In this document: positions 9,996 through 21,798 of the stretch, piece by piece
Numbering within the stretch: the first letter of the stretch is position 1
Layout: every line of letters starts with the position of its first letter
IMG/VR virus record: IMGVR_UViG_3300029258_005404
DNA: 64,000 nt
DNA from: a virus
Strand: one strand, 5' to 3'
Made by a program: the position numbers and the translations under genes
Notes under the pieces: model-generated
Database searches by the model: none
Seen by the model: only the letters and a program-made list of their open reading frames with translations
Told to the model about the DNA's origin: nothing

Positions 9996-11273
9996 ATGAA
10001 TATCCAAAAACTTTTTATCGGATTGGTATTCGTATCATTATGCTCCGCTCAAATTAACATAAGCGGTACCGTGGTAGATGAAAATGAAAACCCGGTTGTT
10101 TTGACAGTCGTGTCACTGTCAAATCATAGAATAGATGATACAACAGACCAAAATGGTAATTTCTTACTTTCAGACGGTGTAACCAAGGTCGGAAAGGTAA
10201 ACAATTCACCCCGCGCATTTTCTGTAAAAATATCGAAAAGCTCTTTACATTTAAATGCAAATATCAATTCTAATGTTGATATTACAGCGTACAATCTGAA
10301 AGGCGCTACAGTATTTAACATTAAAAAAGCGATTCGTATTGGACACAATGCGATACCTATTCATAATTGTTCTGGTATTTCATTTTATCAGATTAAAATG
10401 AATGGCAGCAGTATTATTATTAAGCATAATTCCATTGGGAAATCATTCTCTCATTTTAACACACACAATTCGAATACAGTTGCTTCAATACCGTTTTCTA
10501 TTCAGGCTAAAAAGGGTGGTTATTATGACTACTCTATACCAATAAAGAATCTCGATACTAATGGTGTAAAAATCAAGCTGATTAGAAATCCTGATATTGC
10601 GGCCGATGCAGATGGAAACGTGTATCAAACCTTTGTTGTTGCCGGGCAGTGCTGGACAAGTAATCTGAGAACGACCAGGTATAGTGATGGTACAAAGATA
10701 CCTAATATTGAAGATAAAAATGAATGGAAGGCCTTGGCTTCTCCAGCGTATGGTTGTAACAAGAAAGTCTCAGGAGTTGACAGTCTTGAAAAATTCGGTT
10801 TATTATATAACTGGTATGTTGTTGATCCTGATAATCAGAAAAAAATAGCGCCTGAAGGATGGCGCGTTCCGACAACCGAAGACTTTATAATAATGGCGGA
10901 CTTCCTGGTTAAACACGGTCTAACCTGGGACGGATCGACCGAAACTTATAAACTTGGTAAAGCGCTCGCATCGAAAGAAGATTGGCTGGAACCTGATTTT
11001 ACATTAAATCCAAATCCTGATTCTCTTGGTACAATAGGAAAGGATTTGTCAAGAAATAATAAAGCAGGATTCACAGCCCCACCATCGTCTTACAGGTGTG
11101 GGTATACCGGTACCGATAACAAATTAGGGCATACATTTTATATGTGGTGTATTGATGTAAATAATGATGATTTATCTTATTGTGGAGCGCTACTATACGA
11201 TAGTGATATGTTCTACCATCAAGCTAGTGCTCATAAACGTTTCGGCCACTCTATCAGATTAATTAAAGAATAG
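9996..11273 (+). CDS. Secreted FISUMP (Fibrobacter succinogenes major paralogous) domain protein
   Basis: Signal peptide; carboxypeptidase-regulatory-like N-domain (INISGTVVDENENPV); C-terminal DADGNVYQT..VAGQCW...NLRTTRY...GLLYNWYVV...IAPEGWRVPT...GHSIRLIKE motifs. Confidence 0.75.
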   Translation: MNIQKLFIGLVFVSLCSAQINISGTVVDENENPVVLTVVSLSNHRIDDTTDQNGNFLLSDGVTKVGKVNNSPRAFSVKISKSSLHLNANINSNVDITAYNLKGATVFNIKKAIRIGHNAIPIHNCSGISFYQIKMNGSSIIIKHNSIGKSFSHFNTHNSNTVASIPFSIQAKKGGYYDYSIPIKNLDTNGVKIKLIRNPDIAADADGNVYQTFVVAGQCWTSNLRTTRYSDGTKIPNIEDKNEWKALASPAYGCNKKVSGVDSLEKFGLLYNWYVVDPDNQKKIAPEGWRVPTTEDFIIMADFLVKHGLTWDGSTETYKLGKALASKEDWLEPDFTLNPNPDSLGTIGKDLSRNNKAGFTAPPSSYRCGYTGTDNKLGHTFYMWCIDVNNDDLSYCGALLYDSDMFYHQASAHKRFGHSIRLIKE

Positions 11274-11305
11274 AGAGGTTTAATAAAAAAAAGGAGGATA
11301 GCCAT

Positions 11306-11653
11306 ATGAACTCAACTACAGTTCGATGGATTGTCTCAGGCGTTCTCGCTGTTGGAGCAGCAACGCTATATATTTGGGACAAAAAAAGAAAAAAGCATCA
11401 AAATGAAGAATCTGATTCAGATGCTAATGAGACCCCATCTTTTAATAAAGGTGGGAGTGAATATCGTATGTTTATTTTAAAAAAGCATATTGTTGAAGAA
11501 GCAATATGGCGCGGTTTGTCAAAAGATATACCTGGATGGAAACGTGAACATGCGCCAGATATAAAAAAAATAAACGAATTGTCTAAAGCGGCAACGCTCG
11601 GATGGGGTCAAATTGTTGTAAAAATATTACAAAAAGCGGCCGGAAGAAAATGA
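11306..11653 (+). CDS. Membrane-anchored hypothetical protein
   Basis: N-terminal TM helix followed by KKRKK; AGGAGG SD. Confidence 0.55.
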   Translation: MNSTTVRWIVSGVLAVGAATLYIWDKKRKKHQNEESDSDANETPSFNKGGSEYRMFILKKHIVEEAIWRGLSKDIPGWKREHAPDIKKINELSKAATLGWGQIVVKILQKAAGRK

Positions 11654-12385
11654 TGATAATATCGGGGGCGCATAGCCCCCTTTCCATTTTTTTAAGGAGG
11701 GGTTGTGAGAGAAGAAAAAGATTCGCTTGTTATGATTATGAAGCAAGGTAACTTAATAATAACCAACTGCACACTTATTATGGATGCGCTTAAAGCTATA
11801 ATGAAAAACCAAAATGATATTATGAAAATGTTGCAGGTTGTTATTTCAAATCAATCAAATTCTACCATCAAAGAAGGTGAGCAAAACGATGGAGAGTACG
11901 CAACAATACATCCGCCTGTGGATGGAAAAAAGGGAATTACGGAAACAAAGAATTCGTAGAAACAGAATAATATTATTTTTTATAATCGGAGGAATCGCAT
12001 GTGGATTATATTTATTATTTGGACCATAATATTTATATGGTGCCTTCTCAGTATACTCGGAATATTAAATAATGATAAATCTGCATGGATAGTATCATTT
12101 AAAATAAGCTGCATTACATTTATTTTCTATTCTGCAATAGCAGTAATTGTAATGTTGATAAAATTCATCTGGTCTAATTTGCCGGATGGATAATAACACT
12201 CTTAATCCATAAGGAGATATTATGGATACTGAATCAAAACACACACCAAGTCATTGTGATTACACAGAATGTTATCTTTATGATATATGTAATCATAAAG
12301 ATACACCTCATAATTGTTCTATGTATCGAGATTATATAAAATTAAAAAATATGGAAAAAAAATATGTAGAAATTGAAAATTAACA

Positions 12386-12792
12386 GGGGGTGTATTGGTT
12401 TTCGACGTGATGAACTGACGTTTCGGCTGCACGTAGAGGATGATCGTTGGCCTCTTAAATCATCGGTCACTATCAATAATTGGCAAATCCAATATTGATT
12501 TCTGCACACTGTTTGGCGCACTTTGCTATGCAAATGCACATGCAGCTGTTGCAGAAACCGCCGTCCTCTAATCAAAGAGGACAAACCCGGCGGCAAGAGG
12601 GTCGATTTCCGCCGGGTCGCCCAAAGGCCCTGGCTCATGAAGATGCTTCGATTCATGAGTGAGATTAGGAGCTGGCTGTCATTGTATTCTGTCTGTGGAA
12701 GATAGTGGCAGTGAGATTAAATCACCAGACTAAACGTGTAGATGTCGGAAAAGATGGCGTTGCGGACAGGGGTTCGACTCCCCTCACCTCCA
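12386..12792 (+). ncRNA. ssrA: tmRNA
   Basis: 5' GGGGGTGTATTGGTTTTCGAC; 3' GGTTCGACTCCCCTCACCTCCA; acceptor GGGGGUG/CACCUCC with G3:U Ala determinant; tag ORF 12482-12571 with its stop in a 7-bp hairpin. Confidence 0.92.
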
Positions 12793-12822
12793 CTATTAGA
12801 GTAGTTTAAAGAAAGGGAAATT

Positions 12823-13188
12823 ATGAAAAGAGTAAAAGTGAACAAGGCTGAGTTGCTTGAAACTGTCAAGAAAAATCGTGAAGATCATCACGCAGAATAC
12901 AAAGTTGCTTTCCAGGAATATATAGAAGCTGGTAAAGTAGCAATCGAGCAGCTGCTCGATGATTTCAAAAAAGACCCAAATACACCATTGTGTATCGATA
13001 TAATGGCGCCTGCGTCACATATTGAAGAATATGATGACGCAATTTTAATACTAGAAGCTTCATGTGAAGAGGAGATCGAACTGGACCGGCAAGAGGTTAA
13101 CCAGCTCATTCTGAATAAGTGGCATTGGGTTGGAGATCTTGATCACACACGGACTATATATGCCAATTATCTGAAAATAAAAAAATAA
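12823..13188 (+). CDS. Hypothetical phage protein
   Basis: 121-aa ORF with SD between tmRNA and tRNA-Glu. Confidence 0.6.
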   Translation: MKRVKVNKAELLETVKKNREDHHAEYKVAFQEYIEAGKVAIEQLLDDFKKDPNTPLCIDIMAPASHIEEYDDAILILEASCEEEIELDRQEVNQLILNKWHWVGDLDHTRTIYANYLKIKK

Positions 13189-13206
13189 TTGGAAAGAATT
13201 AACTCT

Positions 13207-13278
13207 GGGAGCATCGTCTAGTGGTCAGGATTCCGGCTTTTCAAGCCGTCGACCGGAGTTCAATTCTCCGTGCTCCTA
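13207..13278 (+). tRNA. trnE: tRNA-Glu (UUC)
   Basis: Acceptor GGGAGCA/TGCTCCT, anticodon loop TT-TTC-AA, T arm CGGAG-TTCAATT-CTCCG; CCA not encoded. Confidence 0.85.
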
Positions 13279-13289
13279 TTAAAATTTAC

Positions 13290-13404
13290 AAGCAACTGAC
13301 AACTAATCCGTAGCTGGGGAAAAATACGGTGTCGGACTACTCGCCCAGCCCTAAAGGTTGAGATATACCATCAGCAAAATGAGCTGTAGTCATGTCAGTT
13401 GCTT
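13290..13404 (+). ncRNA. Candidate pseudoknotted ncRNA
   Basis: 12-bp closing stem AAGCAACTGACA/TGTCAGTTGCTT with interleaved internal helices. Confidence 0.5.
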
Positions 13405-13572
13405 TTATTGTTTATAAAAGAGACTTGTTTATTTTACTATAAGGAGGTTTTGTTGAAAAAAATAGCCGTTTTTACTTTCATTCTAATTATCATTGGAATT
13501 GTTATTGCTGTTATTATCACACCGGTTAAGGATGATGAATACAGATCCCCTCTCGGAATATAAGGAGAATTT

Positions 13573-14310
13573 ATGCACAAAGATATCACTCTATCAGAAA
13601 AAGATGACAGAGTTGTAAGCTTAACTGTAAAAACAAACCATAATCAGATATATAATATTGACTTAGAATTTTGTTCACATGAATTTGGGCTTGGTTGTGA
13701 CGATGTCCAGGTTAATGTAACAAAAAAAATGATATCTGAAGAAGGAAAAAGTTGTCAAGCTATTTTAACACCAAATAGAATATTGCATAGAGAAAAAGTT
13801 ATTGATGAAAAGCGCGATGGGTATATTATTCCCAATGTATGGTTTGAATTTCATCAAATACCAGATGGGCAAGGTTTACCAGCTAAAATTCCTGCTGTAA
13901 CAAGTCAGAGTTTTCCATACACAATTATAATGCCTAATATGATGATTGTTCCTAATAGAGAAGATTCAATTTATATGTTCAGTATTAATTTTTTTAATGA
14001 GGCTGGAGATTTTGAAGATACTGATGACAATATTGTTTGTATCAATTTATTTACAAACCAAAATAAAATTAGAAAGTTAAAAAACGATCTAATTTACAAT
14101 CTATCAACCCCTTTTAACCCATTGTGGGATAAAGAGCGTAAAGCAGCCGGTGAATCAGTTATTCTTCAACACTTATCAACCGGTGTGTATGGAGGTGCTA
14201 TTGTACTTTCTCCGGAAACGTCGAAATGTTATCTTAATATTGATTTAATATGGACGAAAAATGGTAAAGATAATTGGGAACAAAGAACTGGAATTACATG
14301 TATACGCTGA
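13573..14310 (+). CDS. Hypothetical protein
   Basis: 245-aa ORF with AAGGAG SD. Confidence 0.55.
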   Translation: MHKDITLSEKDDRVVSLTVKTNHNQIYNIDLEFCSHEFGLGCDDVQVNVTKKMISEEGKSCQAILTPNRILHREKVIDEKRDGYIIPNVWFEFHQIPDGQGLPAKIPAVTSQSFPYTIIMPNMMIVPNREDSIYMFSINFFNEAGDFEDTDDNIVCINLFTNQNKIRKLKNDLIYNLSTPFNPLWDKERKAAGESVILQHLSTGVYGGAIVLSPETSKCYLNIDLIWTKNGKDNWEQRTGITCIR

Positions 14311-14315
14311 TAACT

Positions 14316-14349
14316 AAAAAAAAGAGGTTTGTTTCATTCCTCTTTTTTT
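14316..14349. terminator. Bidirectional intrinsic terminator
   Basis: A-run-GAGG / CCTC-T-run hairpin between convergent genes. Confidence 0.65.
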
Positions 14350-14993
14350 AGCTATTACGCTCTTCCCATTTTTTTCGAAAATCTTCGCTCTGTGATTCAA
14401 TCCATTCATATATTGGCCGGTCGCCTAAATCTTTACCAGCTTCTTTATCCTTTAACTGTTTGTGTTTTTTTATTTCTTCTACCTGATCGTCCATAAATCT
14501 TTTCATTCTTGACTTGTCCATTCTCGTCTCCCTGAGAGCGTAAAGCCAAGTTCACATCACGCAAGGATACCATATCTTTAGGCGCATCAGCCACCCTTTT
14601 TGAGTTCCATATTGGACAGCACTTAATATTGCATTTAAAATCATTCAGCCTACATAGAACATTAAAATTACCCGGTTTGCCTGCGTATATAAATTTTCTC
14701 TCGTCGCAATGGGCCTGGAATACTTGAAAAGGTACTATTTTCTCATTTGATATAATTGTAGCACGGTCTATATTCATAATCAATAAAATAATTAAAAAAT
14801 TTTAGATCGTAATTTTTTCTTTGGGCATGTAATTAAATATCCTGTAATTGCGAAGTTCCCGTTTGGGAGATATGTTTTAAACCACTCTACAGTACTGCCG
14901 GGCTCTACCCAGACACCATATACAGTGCCTGGATAATCCCTTGCAGTAGATGGTGGCGCATGGATAGCTTCCATGCCGTTTTTAATTCTGTTT

Positions 14994-15389
14994 TTAGTAG
15001 GTTTTTGGAACAGCATAACCGAGTTTCACCAGTTCATGATTAAGATTTGTCATTATTGTATTATCCTTTTTCATATATCTGATAATAGCAATATATCTCC
15101 CATATTTTCCTTTACTAAGCTTGGTTGTCTGCACCTGCACATATGTACCTTCAATAGCAGTAGCTACGTGCTGTTTCGCTTTTAACCCAAGCGCTTTTTC
15201 CTTTTTTCCAGTTTTCTTGCCGAGGCGTGTTTCAAAAGCATCTATCCCATGAAGCCTTACAGTAGTATGATAATGAGACGAGAAACCAAGATCAATATCA
15301 AGCTCAATCGTATCACCATCAATTACTCTTTTGACAAACGCGCTATACTTATACTCACCAAGCGAGCATGGTCCTGATTTAATATTCAT
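14994..15389 (-). CDS. Thermonuclease (SNase-like)
   Basis: VKRVIDGDTIELDIDLGF...VRLHGIDAFE...GKYGRYIA...LNHELVKLGYA. Confidence 0.85.
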   Translation of the reverse strand: MNIKSGPCSLGEYKYSAFVKRVIDGDTIELDIDLGFSSHYHTTVRLHGIDAFETRLGKKTGKKEKALGLKAKQHVATAIEGTYVQVQTTKLSKGKYGRYIAIIRYMKKDNTIMTNLNHELVKLGYAVPKTY

Positions 15390-16271
15390 TTATTCCTCCA
15401 TTTGATTAGCTATTTCTCTAAGACTAATTTTAGCCTTCTCTTCTTCGGCAACCATATGGCTCCATTTATCCGCATCTTTATATTCAGCAATAGTTCTCTC
15501 GATTAATTCGACAATCACTTCTGGCTTTAGAGCATCCAATTCCCAGCTCTCCTGTCCATATTTGATAATATAAGCTTCATACCAAGAATCTTTTGTTTTT
15601 GCCGGATTTGGCGGGGGATTAAACTTTTCAATCTGATCGCGATTTAAAGCTATTCTATTTACATCCACCCCTCCCATAAATAACCTCATTCTATTCTCGA
15701 TATCACAAGTCATATCAATTCCACTTGGATCATGATCACCCAAATGGATAATAATTGGAATCTGGTCATGAAATTTTTTATACTTACGCAATCTTCGAGC
15801 AGCTCTCCACATCTCGCTTTGAGACGTGTATCCTCTGCACGAAAAATAAGGAACATCATTAATTCCGCAAATATTCTCGATTACACCAATAAGAGCATCT
15901 TTCTCAATCCATACCTCAATACGATAATCCTGATTTGCCCATTTGTCTATTTCGTATTGTTCAGAGCAAGCCCTAACTATTTCTCCGGGACCACCCCAAT
16001 GAGAGTTCTTACGAACATTGCGTGTTCTATCTTCAATTGCGCTCCAATCAATTTCTCCAGCCAATCTTGCATCATTTATGATGTTTCCGAGACGTTTATA
16101 TTCAGACTGTTTATTTGCAATAAGATCTCTTGAGACAAACTGATAATACAGCTGCCTGAGAGTTAAATTGAATCCCTTTGCAACGTATTCGTCGATAATT
16201 TCATTAGCGTTGTCTATTACTAAACGACTCGAAGCAGAAAATTTTTTTTCTATATATTGTATTTTAGGCAT
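15390..16271 (-). CDS. Toprim-domain protein (TopoVI-A/DUF2399-like)
   Basis: TLRQLYYQFV winged helix; EVWIEKDAL, CRGYTS and HLGDHDPSG Toprim motifs. Confidence 0.7.
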   Translation of the reverse strand: MPKIQYIEKKFSASSRLVIDNANEIIDEYVAKGFNLTLRQLYYQFVSRDLIANKQSEYKRLGNIINDARLAGEIDWSAIEDRTRNVRKNSHWGGPGEIVRACSEQYEIDKWANQDYRIEVWIEKDALIGVIENICGINDVPYFSCRGYTSQSEMWRAARRLRKYKKFHDQIPIIIHLGDHDPSGIDMTCDIENRMRLFMGGVDVNRIALNRDQIEKFNPPPNPAKTKDSWYEAYIIKYGQESWELDALKPEVIVELIERTIAEYKDADKWSHMVAEEEKAKISLREIANQMEE

Positions 16272-17434
16272 TATTTTTTCTCTAATTGCTCTAGTGGATT
16301 TCCTTCCTGCTGTTCATTGTTTTTTATTCTTTTTTCTTCAGCTTCTTTTCTTATTCCATTTGTACTTTCTTGAAATTGAGGGATTAAATTATGATATATT
16401 TTATCAGGCAGATATCCAAAATCAAGCATTTCTTTTACAAACATTACAATATCCATCGTATATCCGCCATTTATAATTGCATTGATATACTTATTATGAT
16501 ATTTATCATAATATTTTTTCAAAATTGTCATACACTGTTCATTTGATGGATTCGTCACTTCAACAACAACTCGAAATCTTGAAGGCCTGTGTTTTAATGC
16601 AAAATCAACTTTATCAATATGATTTGCGGTCATAAAATAAATTAACTTTTCATTATTTGAATAAGCACCATCTATTACATTTAATAATGTATCAAATGTA
16701 AACTTTGCCTCTTCTATAAGACATTTTCTCACATCATATGTTGTATCAAAATCTTCAATTAATACAATACCAGGCCCTTTAGCCCTGGCAAACATTCGAA
16801 TAAGGCCATGGTTATCAACCTCACGCATCAAAGATAGAATGTAAATTGGAAGATTATATTTACATGAAAAATGTTTCGCAAGAATACTTTTTCCATTCCC
16901 AGGAGGGCCATATAATATTGTTCCTGTTTTATCCAAACCCCCATCAATAACACGATTAATATTTTCATCAATTTGATTATATGCATTCCCATAGATAGAA
17001 TCGAAAAAAATCTTCGGTTTTTTTACCGAACCTATTTTTTCGGCATCCCACCCTTGCATTATATAGATAGGAATATCTTCGCTGGCAATTTTTTTATTAA
17101 TTATCATATTTTTTAATTTTTTAACTTGCCATCGTAAAAGAGTTATATTAATTATACTATCAGTACCTGCAAATCCAGCCTGAAGCATTCTTTCTGAAAT
17201 GTCTATATAAAACATTATACCTTTTAATAATCCTATAGCTTTGAATTCTTTTGGCACTGCATCGTCGCAAAATTCTTCTCTTATTTTAAAAAATTTTCCA
17301 TCTTTTTTTACCATATCGAATAAAATACTTGCACGATGCCCACGTATCCTCATAGTAAAAAAAATCATCGATCTCAAAAATAACCATATTGACATCAATG
17401 ATCCGGTAACCCAAAGCCACCAACTTTTTAGCAT
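16271..17434 (-). CDS. AAA+ ATPase (BCS1-like) with N-terminal TM segment
   Basis: Walker A GPPGNGKS, Walker B VLIEDFD, LLNVIDG, MTANH, RPSRF. Confidence 0.8.
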   Translation of the reverse strand: MLKSWWLWVTGSLMSIWLFLRSMIFFTMRIRGHRASILFDMVKKDGKFFKIREEFCDDAVPKEFKAIGLLKGIMFYIDISERMLQAGFAGTDSIINITLLRWQVKKLKNMIINKKIASEDIPIYIMQGWDAEKIGSVKKPKIFFDSIYGNAYNQIDENINRVIDGGLDKTGTILYGPPGNGKSILAKHFSCKYNLPIYILSLMREVDNHGLIRMFARAKGPGIVLIEDFDTTYDVRKCLIEEAKFTFDTLLNVIDGAYSNNEKLIYFMTANHIDKVDFALKHRPSRFRVVVEVTNPSNEQCMTILKKYYDKYHNKYINAIINGGYTMDIVMFVKEMLDFGYLPDKIYHNLIPQFQESTNGIRKEAEEKRIKNNEQQEGNPLEQLEKK

Positions 17435-18917
17435 TTAATTTATCCTTTCTGTTTAAATATTAATAATTCCATCACCTATTTTTTTTATTCTTTCAACTAA
17501 ATATTCAAGAAGTCCTTCTGCCCACTTTTTATTACAGAGCTTAAATGTTGATTTGAATGTTTTAAATGAAATATCATCTTCCCTTATATTTAGTAAAATT
17601 GTACCACCCAACTCATCAACATAGATAACGCTAAAAAATATAACATATCTATTTCCAAAATATTTAACCTCAGTTACACGAGCAAGGCCATATTTTCCAT
17701 TATCAATATTTCTAAAATAGAAATTATTGACGTATTTTTCTCTTAACTGAGTTATTTTGTTTTTTGCCATATCTAGCCTCCTTATATTCTTGTGTTGCAG
17801 ACTTTTTTTTTCAGCTCTCCAATACGTTCTTGAAGACGCTTAATACAGGCATTAACAATGGATCTGCCCATCGGAGCATTATATCTCTGATGGGCAGATT
17901 CCATAACAACATCAGCAAACATGATTCCTAGCCTTTTACTCCTTGTCAATTAACCTCCTCATTGCCATTTTAACGCCAATTCGAAACATTTATTGAAATC
18001 ATGTTCTTCGACTGTTGCTATCTGACTGTGCCCATTACGCTCAGAGCCAAGACAGATAGAAACAGCCGGTTCATTACCATCAAACTTCTCAATTATTAAT
18101 GGATAATGAGCACAACTTCTGATTCTTTTTTTGCGGCGATCTAATAATATTACACCGCATTTATTGCATCGAATAACGTTATCTGGCATATTAATCCTTA
18201 TTTATTTGTTTCCATTCATTTGCATGATCAACGAGAATTTCCTCTGAAACAAGCAGATGTTTTCCCATATTAACCTGGGAAACAATTTTGTCACATATAT
18301 TAATTGCTGTTTTTGCCTTTTTATCAAGTGTTTTTGCACCAGCCAAAAAAGCTAATTCAAGACGATTACGCAGATATTGCCCATTAGCAATACCTGCGCA
18401 TGCTTTTTTTCCTTCTGCAGACTTAAGCCATGAATCGCGCGCTTTTGCAAGAGTACTTTTATCAGGCCTGGAGACCACATTTTCCTTCATTGTTATTGCA
18501 TAGTTTTCTGATAAGTTTTCCATTATCAATACTCAATCTTTCTCCAACAAGGTCGTATTTCACTTCCAAGGTTGTACACAAAATGCTTTTACGTGCCTGA
18601 ACTTTATCAAGAGCTTTGTTAAGTTTATTTTGCTCAAGCTTAAGCCGCTCAATTTCTGCTATGATTGAATTCCAATCATCAAGCTCATTCATATCAAGAT
18701 CAGCAATAACTTCGGTTTTGTTATCAGGACACATCTCACATATTTTATCACGAATCGATGCAGGTATAAGGTTCATTGGTATTAAAGCTCCTTTTAATTT
18801 ACCTGTGTCTCCGATTAACCTGTTTAGCATTTCGCCAAGCGAACCTGTTGAATCATCATTTTCGTCTGGAGGTAAGTTTTTTTCATTGTCATTATCACTC
18901 ATAATAACTCCTTAAAA

Positions 18918-19257
18918 TTAGATTAACATTTTACCTATAGCCTCAACTATAGCTATGAATAATATATGGATTATATTATCCATTAATATTAAAGACCACG
19001 GTGAACATACACCGGTAGCAAACTCTTCACTACCTGTCTTTTTCATAAACCACAATATTAATTGTGTACTATCCTGCAAATAATGCTGTAGGCCAATTAA
19101 TACAATCTGCCACCAAGCAAAATCTGTGAAAAAAAACACAGCTGAATATGTTAAAGCATGAACAAATGCTGGAAAAAACTTTTTTTTTCTTATTAAGCGC
19201 CATCCAGTCATTTTGGAGAATATAATCCCCAATTAAATGCGCATAAATCCAGTGCAT
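18918..19257 (-). pseudogene. DUF3307-like membrane protein split by a +1 frameshift in an A9 run
   Basis: MHWIYAHLIGDYILQNDWMA..K continues in another frame as KKFFPAFVHALTYS...HYLQD...MDNIIH if the run at 19180-19188 were 8 nt; may be a sequencing error. Confidence 0.6.
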
Positions 19258-20636
19258 TTTATTCCCTTTCTATAGTCCAGTATGCTTCATCTTTTTTACG
19301 ATTTTTACCTTGCAATCCACCACCCTCTCTGCCAACATATTTCGGTTTAGCAGTCAACAGTTTGGGAACAATATGAGATACAGCGGTGAGAAACAGCCTT
19401 ACCTGTTCTTTCATTGTATTAGCATACAGATTAATCACAATCTTTGCAGGCTTTGAATACCCCATTCTTCTCCGTTTCCGGACAATAAACCTTTGCCCTA
19501 TATTTTGGAGGAACCCTCCGTTCTTTGATTTCAATTATTTTACAACCGATATCCGCAAAAAATAAGCAGAAATAAAGCTACATATCCCATAAGTCATTTT
19601 CACTTTCTGTTTTTGGACTCCAATTACTAAACCATCTAGGGTCGCAACTGTCACATGGATATTGATCTTTATCAGTATCTTCATCTCTACATGTAGAACA
19701 ATTTTTTTCTTCATTATTCATATCTAATAGCATCCTGAAATAGTTATGAAAACAAATGAGTGCTCCAATACTATATTATTCATTAAGCTTTACTTCTTGA
19801 GATTTGCGTGCTCTTGTTGGCACAGCATTACACATACTTTCAGGCCACCCAAGTGCTTTTTTAAGTTTGTTTCCACCTATTGCTGCCTGTTCGCAGTCTT
19901 TAACTGATTCCCCGTATGTTACAACATGCGTTCGCCCCTCAATAGCGTCCCACGTAATTAATATTACCTGTGATTGTTTATAATTACGAGAAATTTCTTT
20001 ACACACACTAATAGGAATTCTTTTTATAGACATTAGCAAATCTCCTATAATTTTGATCTTCTCAAGCGTTGGGTATGTTGGGTAAATAAATATATGGATT
20101 AATTAATTCTGCTAAAGTTTAATTGTTTCATAATGGTCTGCAAATAAATGGCCGTCCATTGCTTCGTCTGCAGATTCTTCTGTCTGAAATTTTATAGGAA
20201 TTCCATCTGATTCAGATTCAAGAAATCCAATAACACTATTATCCTTTGGCGATCTGAGTATAACATACCACATAGAAAGTTCCTTTATAATTATTATTCC
20301 TGATTAATTTCTTTTTTAACATTTTTAGACTCTATAAGAAAGCTTAATTTATTCATACATCTATTCAAATAATCCAGAATATCAGTAAGAGCAAAGACTT
20401 TATCTTCTTCTCCGTATCCAAAAAATATACCAACATTTGAAGAATCTGGTTTACACGTCTTTATTCCAGCATCTTCCAGTATCGCTGCTGTCTTCTTTAC
20501 CGAATTGAGGACTTTCTGTTTATATTCTTCATTTGCGGAGTTTTGTAAAGCTTGATTGTCTGATACTTGGATATCTGCAAAACCATTGATATAAACTATG
20601 CAACCGCCAAGTTCATATTTTTCATGTATACTCATA

Positions 20637-21107
20637 TTATATCCTATTTACAGGGCTATGTGTTAATTGGGGAATCTGTTTGAAGTTGTTTTTCTTAAGA
20701 TATTCATAATACGTTTCCTGACCATCAAATACATATGGAAGGAAAACTTCACTCGCTTCAACTTGATCCATTTCAATTAATGAAAGTTGAATATCAATCC
20801 AATCAGACATTATTTTCCATGCTGTGCGCTCTGCTTGTTTTCTAAGCCTCTCTTTATCTTCTTTTGTTTTAGGATGTCTTGATCTATTAGCTAAAAAACG
20901 TTTTTCAACTTTGTCAACATTGGCCGGTACTTTATATGTCATTGCTTGTCCATTCGATAAAAGAGCAAAACAAAGACCTGCAGTACAACCATTTGCATCG
21001 AACCATTTTGATATACTCGATGCACCATGTATAGCGAGTTTATGTTCAATATTAGATATAGATTGTCTCGCTGAAACGGTTGAAGTATAATTTTTTAAAT
21101 TAGGCAT
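20637..21107 (-). CDS. Conserved-looking phage hypothetical protein
   Basis: 156-aa ORF, KQAERTAWKIMSDWIDIQLSLIE...EVFLPYV motif. Confidence 0.55.
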   Translation of the reverse strand: MPNLKNYTSTVSARQSISNIEHKLAIHGASSISKWFDANGCTAGLCFALLSNGQAMTYKVPANVDKVEKRFLANRSRHPKTKEDKERLRKQAERTAWKIMSDWIDIQLSLIEMDQVEASEVFLPYVFDGQETYYEYLKKNNFKQIPQLTHSPVNRI

Positions 21108-21798
21108 CGACTAGCCCGCCTTTAATATGGTTTAAATTTTGGTTTGATTGAACATACATACGGAGATCCTCTGTGTTATTAAAAAACACCCACGATTTCA
21201 TATCAGATATATTAACAACATCAAGCGTTAATGGCAATCCACAAAACCATTCAAAATACTGAATTAAAAAGTCACCATTACCTTCACATGATACTATCAT
21301 ACCTTGGTATTTAAAACAACCATCATCATCAAATGTTAAAAAACACTTCTTTACAAGACTGCTGTGCCTGTCATTAGACATTGCGGCGCCGGCACCCCAC
21401 GCATCTCTTAATTGTTGAATGTTGTATTTTTTCATAACACACCATCTCCCTCAATGAGCTCATATTTGACATGCATTATTGGACCCTCCTCCATCCAGCC
21501 TGAGAATCACGAAACGGTTTTATACGAAGATTAACATCTTTAAGTTTTTCAAAAAGTTGTTTTGCTTTACGCACATGGGCAAAATCGTCATACTTATCTT
21601 CAGGAAATAATAAGCTCCGCAACCTTCTTTGTAAACTTTGAAGCTCATCGGGACCGGCTGCGGGTATGAGCGGTGAAATGAATTTTCTTGCCCTTTCACG
21701 CTCAAATACTGATATCGCTATTGATTCTTCAAGTGAATCATATTTAAATCTCCGACCAACGAATAAAAAGTACGCCCTGGCAGCACCCGTAGCGGTCC

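Noticed and set aside
12342-12705. ORFs overlapping the tmRNA
   Set aside because: Explained by the tmRNA; only the tag frame 12482-12571 is supported.
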